This document shows, one piece after another, positions 37,570 to 49,685 of a stretch of DNA of 64,000 nucleotides (position 1 is the first letter of the stretch; every line of letters starts with the position of its first letter). This stretch comes from Rhodosorus marinus CCMP1338. Lineage: Eukaryota; Plantae; Rhodophyta. The translations under genes and the position numbers were made by a program. Under the pieces are notes generated by a model. The model worked only from the letters and a program-made list of their open reading frames with translations. It did not search any database and was not told the origin of the DNA. The stretch is from positions 2,728,001-2,792,000 of the forward strand of contig JAMWBK010000004.1 in the NCBI GenBank assembly GCA_029953675.1, given 5' to 3'.

Positions 37570-40500
37570 CTATGAATACAAATGCAATGCGTCCAGAATC
37601 CTCTTCAGGTTCTGGTGGTAGTTGCTTTTAAGCTCAAGCTCCTCGGTGACATTTAGATTTTCTACTCCAGGTACAACAACGGGTTCAAGTCCCGCGACGC
37701 CGAGCTTGAGATACGTCGTTCTGAAGACGAAGTAAAGAAGCCAATCTTGCTCGCAGAATACGTTCACCACTCTTCCAGCGACACAGCGGGACCACTTCCA
37801 ATAATCAGGGGCAGAAGACACAGGCGCCCCAATCAAAACTACGTTCTCGACTAGGTCAAGACGATTATGCTTTTCAAGTTCCTCCATAGCGATAAAGATC
37901 ATCCTCGCCCCCAGAGTATACCCAACGAGCGACACCGGTCGCGATCTTTCAAACGGCGTACAGAACGTGGATTGCTTAGTGAGCTCTAGTAAGAACTCTC
38001 ACAGACGGTTGGATTCCAGCGCGTACCCTTGAGCCCTGTGCAACAGCAGTTCCGCCAGCAGTTTTCCAGCAGCGTCAGTACGATTCATCGCTACAGACCA
38101 CTCGTTGTCGATCATCTGCGATGATCCAATAACGGACGTGGGTCCCGCGGCCACTTGCAAAAAGCCGCTGAAGATGGACTTCTTCACAGCGAATTGAATA
38201 GCTGCAATCAGGGCCTCATTGTACAGGAAACTGGATACCATCGTTCCCAGCTCGCCGAGAATGTCCTGCTCCCAAACGAGACACTTCACCTGCAGCCGAG
38301 AAGGATAATCGTTGCTCAACGAGTGAAACGAAGCTTCTGGTAAAGTCCGATACGGGGAAAACAAACCTCCTCTTGCACAGTAGCGGAGAGTCCCTGCCAA
38401 ACCTCCGTAAACTCATCCGGACTGGTTACCCATCCACTGATAGCCAAGGTCAAAGCACTCGCACTTGCCATGGGATGACTTGCATCGACAAACTGAAATT
38501 GTTTAATGCTCCCGATTCTCTTTTTCATTTTGGAACCCAGAATTCCTGCACCCGCAAGGCCCATCGTCGACCCTGTGATCAAAGCTCCCGAAGAGGAAGC
38601 TGTAGCTGCTGCAGCCTAAGACAAAGACACAAATCCTTCAGAACCTACAAGGATCCATGAAATTGAGACCGGCAATACAAACGAGCAATAGTCTTGTTTC
38701 ATCATTAACCAACCGTGCCGAACATTGACACACCCGTGGCGGTACCCATTGTTGCAAGAGCGGTGCCCAGAGCCGGTAGGGCCAAAACTCCAGTCGCAGC
38801 CAAAGCCACTGTCAGGGGACACAAAAGCGAAAGAGTAAATGCTGTGAATCGCGATCGAGCAACGGTCTCAAAAGCTCATGACCAACCCACCGGCCCCGAC
38901 GCTCGCTGTTGCGGCTACTGTGGCTGACTTCTTCCAGTCCTTGCTGTCCCGGAGCTCCGCTTCTCTGATAGTGTCTTGAACTTTGTCCTCGTCTACTGTA
39001 GTAAGTCTTGAATGCTCATACTGTACAATCGCCTGTTCGTACGACGCTACATCCTTCCAAGGCACACGGAGATTCTTCGCAAGCCTCCGAATACCAGCCC
39101 TAATTCGTGCATCGTACGAGCACGGCCAATTCGTTTTCAGAATCGTTTGAACGACCCAAAAAAGGGCTTCACGGGCGCTGCGTGCTGAGCTCTCGTAGAG
39201 AGTAAGGAAAGAGAGCGACAGTGAAGATTCCATAAGCTCTGCATCTTCTGTGTTCTTGATTTCTCTAGCTTTCTGAATTCCCGATAGAACAACAGCCTCC
39301 GGAGAAGTCAAGTCGAAACACCTGGCGACCTTGAGAAGTGTTTCCGAGCATAGACTGATATTCTCGTCATCGATCTGCAAGCTCAGGGCAAATAGTTCAA
39401 TGAAAACGGCGTAGCACCGTGAAAGGTCCTCTTGCTCCTCCCCAGAATGTAGGACTTCGATTTGACCCTCCCCAGGCTCCTCGGAAGAGGAAAAAGTACC
39501 CGCAACAACCTCAACAAGAACGCGCACCAATTCTTCAACTTCCTCGTACACCGTTTCCGAACCACTCTCTTCAACACTAGTATCGTCATGATCACCTCCT
39601 TCCGGGGTTCTGGGTAAGCGAGTGCGCGATATCTCCGAATTCACATCCTCCATTCCATCCTCGTCTATCTCGATGTTACCCTTGCTTTGCATTCCTTCTG
39701 ATCCAGTCTGCAATGGTTCCGGTTTATCCTCTCGGTCATCCACCGTTGTTGCCGGTGCATTACCAGAGCCTCCCTTTGAAAACTTCGAAGTCGTTCGTTC
39801 TGGAACGACAACCAAGTCGTGGTTGGGAGTATTGTTCGGCTCAGTCATGATCATACATTCTGGATTCTGGTTTGTCACCACCGTTGATCGTGGAAGGTCG
39901 TGTTTGTCCAGCAACGGTTGCACAAGTTCCTTAACGGTGCATACTAAGGAGTCCAGGCTCCCTTGAGCCGTTGTCTGGACAAATCCACTAGACTGTGAGC
40001 CGCCGGCCACCGGAGACCATCTTTGCTCTGACGAATTGGTTGGGAAGGGAGTTTCTATATCGCCGGCCTCGGCGAATTCTTGCTGTATGCCTTTATCATC
40101 AACCTCAGTTGTATCAGGTACACCTTCAAGGTCCAAGCCAGGGTGATCCGGAAAAATCCCCACTACGTCCATCAGTGCGTCAACAAAATTGCCAAAGCTC
40201 GGTGCTGACCTGTCTTCGTACATCCCGGTTGCAGCAAAGGGATTGGAGGACAGGGTCTGTTGCGATAAGCCTTCGCGATGGCCGTCTCCGCCTTGCCTTC
40301 CTTTCCCTTTTTGTTTTTCGTAATCGGCAACGGGAACAGTTCCCGTGTCAATGATCTCCAGGTCGCCAGCATTGTTGGTAACCAACCTTCGGATAACTTG
40401 CTGTCTGTTCGCCTCTTCTACTCTCTCCTCCTCCGTAACCGGTTCAGTTGCCCTCGGGTGGAGACAAATCTCTGAGCCGAGCCCGGGCGATTCCATCAAG

Positions 40501-40972
40501 GGCTGGACCATTTCCTTCATTGTGCCAACAAAGCTGTGCAGACCTCGGATGATCGGGCTTTTCGGCGCTTCATTCTCGACTTGCTCAGAAGCTTCTTTGC
40601 CCTCGCTTACTTGCGAAGAAGTTAAGCTCTCCTCGGTCAACGCTGCCCCAACTATCACTCCAGGATGAGGAAAGACTTCGCATATGTCAACCAGCCCACC
40701 ACAATGGCCATTACGGATTCTTGCTTCTGAACCAATTTCTCTGAAAGCTGGGAGTGAGTTTCTGCGCAAGGGAGCAGCCAGATAGGTATCATCACTCGAA
40801 CCGGGGTTGTTAATCCCTTCCGTCCTACTCACTCGCCTCCTAGCCCTGCTAACGGATGCTGGCGGACTAGGGAAGAAAATAAGCAACGACTAAGCTGGTG
40901 AGCGTTCCATTCTCTTGCTTCGGTTGTGAAAGTAAATAACACAACATCACATCATAATTCTCACCTACTCAT
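37570..40972 (-). CDS. DUF726/TMCO4/Mil1-family alpha/beta-hydrolase-like membrane protein with long acidic N-extension
   Basis: YDARIRAGIRRLA; KKSATVAATA..G; CLVWEQDIL; AMNRTDAAGKLLA; VSLVGYTLGARMIF; VVLIGAP; VAGRVVN. Start inferred as an 8-nt exon ATGAGTAG (40972-40965) spliced in phase to SPPASVSR. Confidence 0.9.
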
Positions 40973-41367
40973 TCCGCTAAGCCACGGGACTTGCGGGCAA
41001 AGTCATCTGGGACGTTTTCCCAGAGACAAGCCCTAGCCCAAACCCAACCAGGTCAAACCTCTCACCTACAAGCAGAAGAAGAATCAACACAATCCGAAAC
41101 TTAAGCGGAAGAAAACCCCTACAGCGAGCAACCACACCAGGTGGGAATTCTGCGCAGCGGGATAGGGAATGCCCACCTCCTCGTCTCTTCTAACCCAAAA
41201 ATAGAAAGACGGCAACGGACTCGGTCCAAACGTACAATGAAGAAGAAAACCACAGACCTTGAACAGAAAAGTCACCTCTTCCTTCTCCTCACTAAGCTCA
41301 CCTCAGCAGATGCGAGAGTCTAGAAACAGATGACCTCAAATTTACTGCTGCAACCAGCTTGGGCAAA

Positions 41368-41413
41368 AGTAACATGCGCCATTGTTCCTGAGTAACATGC
41401 GCCATTGTTCCTG
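41368..41413. repeat. Perfect 23-bp tandem duplication
   Basis: AGTAACATGCGCCATTGTTCCTG occurs twice, upstream of the DUF726 gene. Confidence 0.9.
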
Positions 41414-42229
41414 AGGGGTCTCAATGGCAACCGGAGACCGAAATACTGAAGTTTTCTATAATTACTCACATTTCTTACATGCATGCAAGTCAAAGCTCAA
41501 ATTCCGCATGGCAGAGGCTGGTTTTGTTAGTTTGTAGCTGAAACCCCCTTTCCACAATCCGGATTTCAATTGACTTGTCAGTTTAAGGGGGGTAACTGGC
41601 TTCCTTGCTGAATAAAGAAATCAGCCTGGAATTCTTCATGCTATTTCTGGTATCGAGATTCTGCGTAAGCAACAACTTAGTTGGAATAGAATATGAATAG
41701 CGGCGCCGCCTGTTATATATAGCCTGACTGAAAGCGATCCAAGAGAAAGCTTTGTTGCTCAAGCAGTCCGCGCCTACCAGTCGAATTGCGTTTAGAATCT
41801 CGTTCGGCTGCCCACAAAATTATTAAGATATTAGCCTTTCGACACAGTGGGACGTCCGCAATCAAGAAGACGCTAGAGGAGCTGCTCAGCTTCAACGAGC
41901 ATGATCACATCATCCCATAGTATTGTAGCACTGCTTCTGGGCTGGAGCTATCGAGCCTCACATTAACATTCATCGGGAAGAGCCGAGCTATGCGAAGCAC
42001 ATTATTCTCTTTGATTCAGGTGCGGTTGAGAGGAGGAACGGAGGACACCAATTTTTGTTACCGAAGAACTCGACCCCAGGGGTAGTGAGGGCTTCTAATT
42101 TTTAAGAATATTTACCCAGGGGGACAGAATCTCGGATATTAATTTGATTGAGGAGATCTTCATCTGGATATATTGATTGAATATGACATTGACTAGTTTC
42201 GCTAGATAATGACTGTTCACGTAGAGGCG

Positions 42230-42670
42230 CAACGGATTGGGTCAAAACGCAACTGGAATGGGAGGCAGGCCGAAGAGCTCTGGTTTTCCAAGCCGCACAT
42301 GCTGTTTGTAGATGAGATTATCATCACTGAAGATACCGATGAACTAAACATAGCCGAGAATGTTTGAGGAGCCTGTACGAATTTCGTTGTTGCTTCATCC
42401 AGTACGCAACCATTTCGTTTTCAATCGCTTTTAACGCTGTATCATTGGGCATAACCTATGGTTCATTGTAAGACAGACGCTGGACACATAGTCTTAAATA
42501 AATCCACCTGTCTTGTCTTACATATGTCCTTTACTCCGTTCTTCCAACTTTTAACACATCCCATCTGTCGTGGTGATCGCTTCGTCAAACGCCCGGTGTT
42601 GCAGCCTTGCACTGACTCGTCGATGAAAGTCTGGAGCGTTTTCACCTCATCGAGCCTTTGCTTCAGTTGC
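42230..42670 (-). mobile_element. Highly decayed Ty3/Gypsy reverse-transcriptase fragment
   Basis: Collinear but frameshifted motif look-alikes: QLKQRLDEV, KNGVKDIC..RQ, GYAQ, APQTFSAM, FIGIFSDDNLIY, FDP. Confidence 0.4.
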
Positions 42671-42925
42671 TAGCTTACCCACCTGATAGAAGAATTCCGA
42701 AAACGGTTGCGTCGTTTCTTACTATGGACAGTAGGTGACATGAAGAATACAGATGAGACATGCCATCTCGCACGGACCTAAAACCCGCACGCTGGTCGCT
42801 TTTGTTTAGCTGTGTAATCTGGAGTTCCTCGGTGAACGGCGGCAAGTGGTTGTTGCGATGTATTTGGGGCACTCGCAATGACTCGATAACTAGAAGGAAT
42901 TCTCCGGACCTTGGCCACGAAAAGG

Positions 42926-45039
42926 ATGACGAATTTGGGGTTTCTTGGACTCTCAGGGTTTCATGAGAAAACTGGCTATAGGACCAATGCACGAAGAGTT
43001 GCGGCATGCATGGTCCCCGAGAAGCTAGCGAAAGCCGCTGCGGAGTTGGCTGAGTTGCCGCTGGTCAGGAGGTACTCGAGATTGGCAGAGCTAGGGTCTG
43101 AGAAACACGAGAAGGGCGTTCTCGAGGACATCTGCAGACCGGAGTACCGAGTTCCAGGATGTACATCGATTGTTCATGTAAAAGCGGTGCAGGACATCGG
43201 TAGGCAAGGGGATCACTCGATAGGCGACGGTGCCCTATCTTCCTCGAGTTTTGCAGTAGTCGACTCAATTCGTCTTTTTTATTTGAACTAGATGGGAAAG
43301 TGACCATTCAAGGATGCTCTGATGCGAAGCTGACGGCCGGACTCGTCAGGGTGTTGAGCGAGGGGCTTAATGGACTAGAAAAAGACGTCATCTTGGGAAT
43401 GGAGTTCTCCGAATTTGCGGATGCAACGCAGCTAAACTCCTTCATGTCGTCTTCCAGAGCGAACGCGTTCTCGAACGTGCTCAGGTGCATCCACAGTCAG
43501 CTCCTGGGCGTGACACCCGACGAATCTCAGTCGTCAGGTGGGCCAAGGACGTTCGTCTCCGAAGGACAAGGTGAAGATGTCGCCGTCCTGCTTTCTGGAG
43601 GTGTTGACTCTTCTGTGTCATTGAGACTTCTACTGGAGCAAGGTTATCGACCAACTCCTTTCTACTTGAAAATCTGGCTGGAGGACGAACTCTCACATTT
43701 AGGAGAGTGCCCATGGGAGGAAGATCTGTCATACGCAGAATCTGTCTGCGATCAGGTAAATTTGAAGGTAGAAGCCGTTTCACTTCAGCAGGAGTACATG
43801 GACTCTGTAAGTAATCGCTGACCACCTACGTACGAGAGAAAGTCTTCCTAACGTTATTGCTACCTCATGTAGGTTGTGAAGTATACCATTCAAGACGCCA
43901 AAGCAGGCCGGACGCCGAATCCCGACGTCATGTGCAACTCCAGGGTAAAGTTTGGGGTGTTCCTGGATAGGTTTGGAGAAGACTTTTCAAAAGTGGCCTC
44001 AGGTATGCTCCAAGAACATGCGAAATCCTTGCCCGTCCCTGAAAGTCCTAATCCCCGTGTACGATTTGTGTACACAGGTCACTATGCGCGAACGAGAACA
44101 AACCATCAGTCAGGGATGACTGAGCTCGTGTGCTCCGCAGATGAATGGAAGGACCAGACTTACTTCCTCGCTCACCTCAAGCAGTCGCAGGTCCGTACTT
44201 GTCGGAAATGGCTTTTTTCAACAGGCTTTGACAAGCGTTCGCGGAAGATGCTGACATAATGTTCGTGTTGCAATGCGGCAGGTTGAAAACACGCTTTTCC
44301 CAATAGGTGCATATACGAAAGCGCGGGTTCGAGAGCTCGCGGATGAGTACGACCTTCCAAACAAGGCTAGAAAGGATTCGCAAGGGATTTGCTTTCTGGG
44401 AAAGCTCAAGTTTGATGAGTTTCTGGAGCACCACCTTGGCCGCCAGCCCGGGCTTTTTTTGGAGTACGAAACTGGATTAGTGCTTGGGAAACACAGAGGT
44501 TTTTGGTTCTATACGCTCGGGCAGAGAAAAGGTGAGTTGTGGCCCAACGTTGCAGAGGTAGACGGTGTATGTGATGCTGTCGAACCTGACGGACTTGCTA
44601 CTGCGATCCTTCTTGATCAGGACTCGGACTTTCAGGAGGACCATGGTACGTTGTCAGCAAGAACGCCGAGGAAAACATTGTATATATCAGCGGCAAGTAT
44701 CATGCCATGGACAAACCTCGGACTGTATTTACTGTGGAGAGCCTCTCCTGGATTTCCGGAACTCCACCGACACGGGAGGAGTGCGCTGCACTTTGTGTGA
44801 AAATAAGGCACGGTCCTCGTACTGCCCCGTGCCGACTAGTGTTGGAGGAAAACACTGGATATGTTGAGTTGGAGGAGAAGGAATCGATAGGACTTGCGCC
44901 GGGCCAGTTCGCGGCTTTCTATCTCGGTGACATATGCCTGGGATCCGGGATAATCTCGGCGGATTCTGGTCTTGAACATGCCCCCAAGGAGAGTTCGGAA
45001 GTTTCATCGAAACGTCTCCAAGCCCACTATCTCGCGTAG
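42926..45039 (+). CDS. mnmA: Plastid-targeted SufE-MnmA fusion (Fe-S/sulfur acceptor domain plus tRNA U34 2-thiouridylase), ~565 aa, 6 exons
   Basis: MTNLGFLG transit-like start. SufE motifs: RVPGCTSIV (Cys 43160-43162), SDAKLTAGL, MSSSRANAF. In the same exon: PP-loop LLSGGVDSS and FYLKIW, followed by TPNPDVMCN, HYAR, KDQTYFL, KARVRELA, KDSQGICF, TLGQRKGLG and PGQFAAFY. Confidence 0.95.
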
Positions 45040-46657
45040 CGTACTGCCTGAAATCAGGCTACTAACAAACATGGAGAGGCTCTTCCATTGTCAATTTAAC
45101 ACTAAACTAACCTGGATAAGATTCCATCCCAGCCGCTGAGAAAACTCCACTCGCATGAATCTTCTCACGATTAGCCACAGGAGTCAGTGGATCACCTTTG
45201 GCACTCGGTAATAGAGACTGGTCGCAAAGTCAAGGCATTCACTCTGTGGGCGTCGTATGCCATCAGCGCAGATCACGCCAAGGGAGCGAGAGAAAGAGAA
45301 ACTGAACTAGCGAAGGGGAACGGAAGCCAGCGAAGAGCAGATTCCTGCACACAGCAACACCGAAAGAAACTGCTGATGTTAGCAACCCATTCTCCCATCC
45401 ATATATTTTTTTCGGTATTTATACTCAGCCCGCGAACTTGATTGGGCACGACCGACGTCTCCCGCGATAAAACTAATAAACATATCACACGTGTATCTAA
45501 TATCCAATTATGTTTAATATTAAAGCAGACTACCAATTCTAACAAATAATTATCTCCCACGCGTCTCTACTACTAGCAAACCAATCAATTCTACATGATC
45601 TCCCGTTGAGAACCACCAAAATTCTTCGATGTAGAATCAATGCATTACAAAATGCCATCCGATCGGTTTTTCTTCTGAAATATTGACGTTTTATGATTAT
45701 CTAAAAATCCATCAGATGAGAATGGAATTTTTGAAAATTTTCGACACGCGTATCAGCGCTCTCTCCCATTGCTCTCCGCAGCGCTCTCTCGCATTACTCT
45801 CCATATCGCTTTCTCCCATTATTACACTCCCCACAGCGTAGATGCCTGCCTGCGCTCTGTAGAAATTGATCGTTGGCTAAAATCCCTTTGTACTCCGTAC
45901 TAGATTCCATATTTCCTTTACGGATGCAAGTTAACAAATTTATAGAAAGCCGGGAAGGGGGGAAAGGACATACGGATGAATGGACGTGGAACATGAATAT
46001 TGTTTTTATAGAAGAGAGCTATTTTTTCGTTTTAGCTTTTATCGTAGACGAGGGGGGGGAATGCTTGAAAGCTCACTAAAGTCCCATGGGAGACCATTGG
46101 CAGGGATTGAAAGAATGAAAAAGAGGGTCGAAATTCCGATGGTTGGGAGTGTGTATATTTTTCGGTCTAATAGTTAATAATACGAGAATGTATCGGGTTT
46201 GAAAGGGGGGTTGGAATTATTGCATACAGTCAAAATAAAATGTTTTTTTTGTATTTTTACTGTGATGTAGAGGGATTGAGTGCTGAAGGGGGGGGGCGAG
46301 AGAGAAGGGAGAGAGGGAGCGAGGTAGGAGAGAGATAGAAAAAAAGGAAATGGCCTCTCCTTTTTTTGGGGGGGGTGGTTTGTCCGTTTTGGAGGAGATG
46401 GTGAATAGATTTGATTTTGGTCGGGAATGACGAGGGTTTAAGTGTTTTATGCATGTGATCTTATTGCTTGGGAAGGTGGGGAGGAATGTGCCACTGAGTA
46501 AGGCCATGAGTAAGGGATTTCATATCTCGGCTTGCGCTAGTATTTGAACTGAGGAGAGTTGGAATTTTGATTTGTTGTTTTGCTGGGGTGCGATGTTGAA
46601 GTTTTGAGGTTTGTGCTGGTTTGCTGGTTGTTTTTTTTTGCTTAGCTGAGGAAGAGG

Positions 46658-47994
46658 ATGGATGCGGGGCGAGTTGTAGGATTTGTCCAGCTTCCGTCCG
46701 GAATCCAGACGAGGAGGAAGGATAGTTTATATCGGTGGGATGATAGGCGGTTGCGCAGCCACACGACCAGGAGGTGGACTGTGAAAGCGGCTCGGAGCGT
46801 CGGTGTTGGAAGCGACGGGGGCATGGCTGACAGAACCCCTGCGAAGAAAGGGAGCGAGGATGCCGAAAAAAGGGACTGGATTGGTGTATATAAGAAGTTG
46901 CAGAGAAGGACAATCACCGGTACGACGATTCAGAGTGAATTTGCGAGGGCCACTCCGTTGCATGACTGGTTTTGATTCTGTTGGTGCGTTTTCTGAATTT
47001 CGTGTGCCGTGTGTGACATCTTATGGGTTAGGCTGTATTATGGGAGTTATTGTTACCACGTGGATCATGTCGGGAACATTTCCGTTCGCTTTGGGGATGG
47101 TAGTTTTCAGCGTTTTAGGGCAATTGGAGTACTACCGCATGGTCAAGGCTAAGGGGCACAGCCCTTCTGTTTTCCTGGGAATCGTCTCTACTACGCTCAT
47201 CATTCTCGGGACGTACTTCTTTCCCGCCCATGCTGACGCCCTTTTCCCCATTTGTGGGACAATCACAACTTGCTATTTGCTGCTGAGGAGGAAGACCTTG
47301 GCGACGACCGCAGATATCGCTACAACGCTTCTCGGTGTGTTCTATACCGGCTATTGTCCGTCGTTTTACATTCGTCTCCATGGGTACGAAGCTTCTTCTA
47401 CACTCGTTTTGCTCCTGAGAAGTATCTCTGGCTAAGCTCGTGCTCGTCATTTGGCCAACGTTGTCTGTCTTCAGATTCGATTTCGGTGGAGCGGAGTTCA
47501 GCTACGTCGGCAGGTATCTCCAGCAAGTATGGCCAAGTTGGCTGCCAGACGCCGTAATCCGAACCGGAACTATAACAACCTACTGGACCTTCCTGGCGGA
47601 GGTTACAGCTGATTGTGGCGCTTTTTTCGTAGGCCGTGCATTTGGTCGAAATAAGCTTTCCGAACTGTCTCCGAAGAAAACCATTGAGGGCGCGCTTGGA
47701 GGATTTTTCTGTAGCGCTGCTGTGTGTCTGCTAGGCGCATATCTTCTGCAATGGCCAGTTTGGTACGTCACGGGCCCCATACACGGACTGATTGTCGGGG
47801 TCATGGGCGTTCTGGGTGACCTTACTGCCTCGCTGTTCAAGAGGGATGCCGGATTTAAGGATTCTGGAGACATTCTCCCCGGACATGGAGGCATTCTCGA
47901 TCGCACCGACAGCTACGTTTTCGTTGCGCCCCTTGTGTACTTTTTCGTGGCTCTCGGATTCCCTTTCTTTGCTAGGTCTGCAAGAGTCTTGTAA
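46658..47994 (+). CDS. cdsA: Plastid phosphatidate cytidylyltransferase (CDP-DAG synthase, CDS4/5-like)
   Basis: Transit-like MDAGRVVGFV; multiple transmembrane helices; DCGAFFVGRAFG, SPKKTIEG, GDLTASLFKRDAGFKDSG..LPGHGGILDRTDS. Confidence 0.94.
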
Positions 47995-48168
47995 CTCGAG
48001 CATTAATTTTACGTGCTATAACATTCCTGGGGAGAACGCTAGGAAATATCGCGGTCTCGAAAGGACCCGAGTGTATGGCTATGGGTTATGAGCTACTGAC
48101 TTGGGACATACCCAGCGCGTCAAAATTTGAGCACGTATTTAATTGAAACTGTCTTGGACAGCTAGGAA

Positions 48169-48505
48169 TCAAGGTTGTTTGTTTTTAACTCCATAAAATA
48201 GTTCTTCACAAGCATTGCACACCCGATTGGTGGCCTTCGTAAGCTCGAAGGCGAATCTGCTTGTTCGCGGAAATGTCTCACGGCGTGGTATCGACCGGAT
48301 GTGTTGACCATGTGGTAAGTAAAAATCCTTTGCAACTAGAGAGCGGAAGAACTGCTGATACTTGAGCCGTGAAAGAATCGAGTCCTGTTGACATCTGTGG
48401 TAGTGCACAGCCCATCGTACTAACAAATCAGAGGATCGGCTGATCTTATCGATCACCAGCTGTCCGCGCAAACGTACTCAAAAAGTCCGGCTCGCCGGCC
48501 CCCAT
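48169..48505 (-). CDS. Possible 92-aa orphan protein (2 exons)
   Basis: ATG 48505 and a 58-nt GTACGT...TTAG intron (48477-48420) give MGAGEPDFLIRWAVHYHRCQQDSILSRLKYQQF...CNACEELFYGVKNKQP*. No family recognised. Confidence 0.4.
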
Positions 48506-49038
48506 ATTTCAACAATCAGCAGCTCATTCAGCGCAAACCGTCGGGGGTGAACATCAACCCAGGCGCTTTACTTCTACATTACTACAAGCTGGAAATCTAA
48601 AGTCCTTCTACAACTTCAAGAAGTCTCTTCAAGTCCTCCAAATCCGCGCCCTCCCCCGCGAGGAACGCCACTCGAAAAGATTTAGGGACAGACTGTCAAT
48701 ATCCACCTGTTTTGCTTTAAAAAAGAACAGTATGGCTTAGAAAGTTTCACCAAAAGATTCCTACCGGAAAACTTGTTCTGTTCTTATTGTCGTGCGGATG
48801 ATGGAAGATATTTCATGAGACAAAGTTTGTAATGGGAAATAGAACAGGGAGGAAGGAATGTGTCTTAGTAGTGAGCAGAGAGGATGGAGCAGGGTCAGGT
48901 GTTTATAGAGGATAGTCTTTTGGCTAAGGACGACTGGATCGTATTTTGGAGATCGGATCTGTAGAGTTTTTGAGATTTTCTTCTGGGTTTTTTTGTTTTT
49001 TTTGCGGCTGTTGTGTGGTAAGAGTGGTTTGATCGAAA

Positions 49039-49685
49039 ATGGATTGTGTTGGATTCGCGAGCGTGGTGGGTGGGGTGAAAGGTGGAGGGATGCGATCGAG
49101 CGTGATTTGCAGTGCTGGAGGTGAGAAGCGTGGTGGGTGGGAGACTAGTGTGAAGGGTGTAGTCGCTGCTTCTGTTGGTGCTGTTTTGTTGTGGGCTGGT
49201 CCTGGGTGAGAGGGGTCCTCGATCTTCTCATCGTTTTTGTACGTAGATTGCGTGTCTTGTCATTGCTTACGGTTTGGAGGTTTTTTGGCTTTTTGATCCC
49301 TTGATGGGAGTTAGGTTTGCGGTTGAAGTTGCCAGATGTGACAACGGAATCGGTCCCGGATGTGCGGCAGCTGCAGAAGGAAATGACTTCATTTTGAAGT
49401 TACAGCAGAGATCTGCAGAAAAGAACGTAAGAAACGCTTTTCGCACGCGTGGAGTAACCCAGCTCTAACATGAGAGACACTTGCGGCGTCTAGGAGCAGA
49501 GACAGAGGGAACTGCTGGAAGACTACTGGAAGAGAAATTATGGGGACTACTTCAAGTTTGATCAAAACAAGGAGCTAGTCAAGAACGACGACGGAACTTG
49601 GTCTCTGAAAAACATTGACACGCCAGAGGCACGCGCTATGAGAGCAGTCGCGAGCCAAATCGCACCGTCAAAAGACAAGAAGTAA
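49039..49685 (+). CDS. PsaN-like thylakoid lumen protein (156-aa precursor)
   Basis: Exons 49039-49205, 49315-49426 and 49494-49685. Bipartite presequence (MDCVGF... then hydrophobic VVAASVGAVLLWAGPGFA). Mature part FILKLQQRSAEKNEQRQRELLEDYWKRNYGDYFKF resembles the PsaN-related RS..N...L.DYY.RN..DYF.F pattern (recalled, not searched). Confidence 0.72.

Noticed and set aside
2782-49685. Apparent clustering of plastid-targeted genes (RNB, FabF, AKR, SufE-MnmA, CDS, PsaN-like)
   Set aside because: They are interleaved with unrelated nuclear and Golgi genes, and plastid-targeted genes are common in algal genomes. There is no evidence of a functional cluster.
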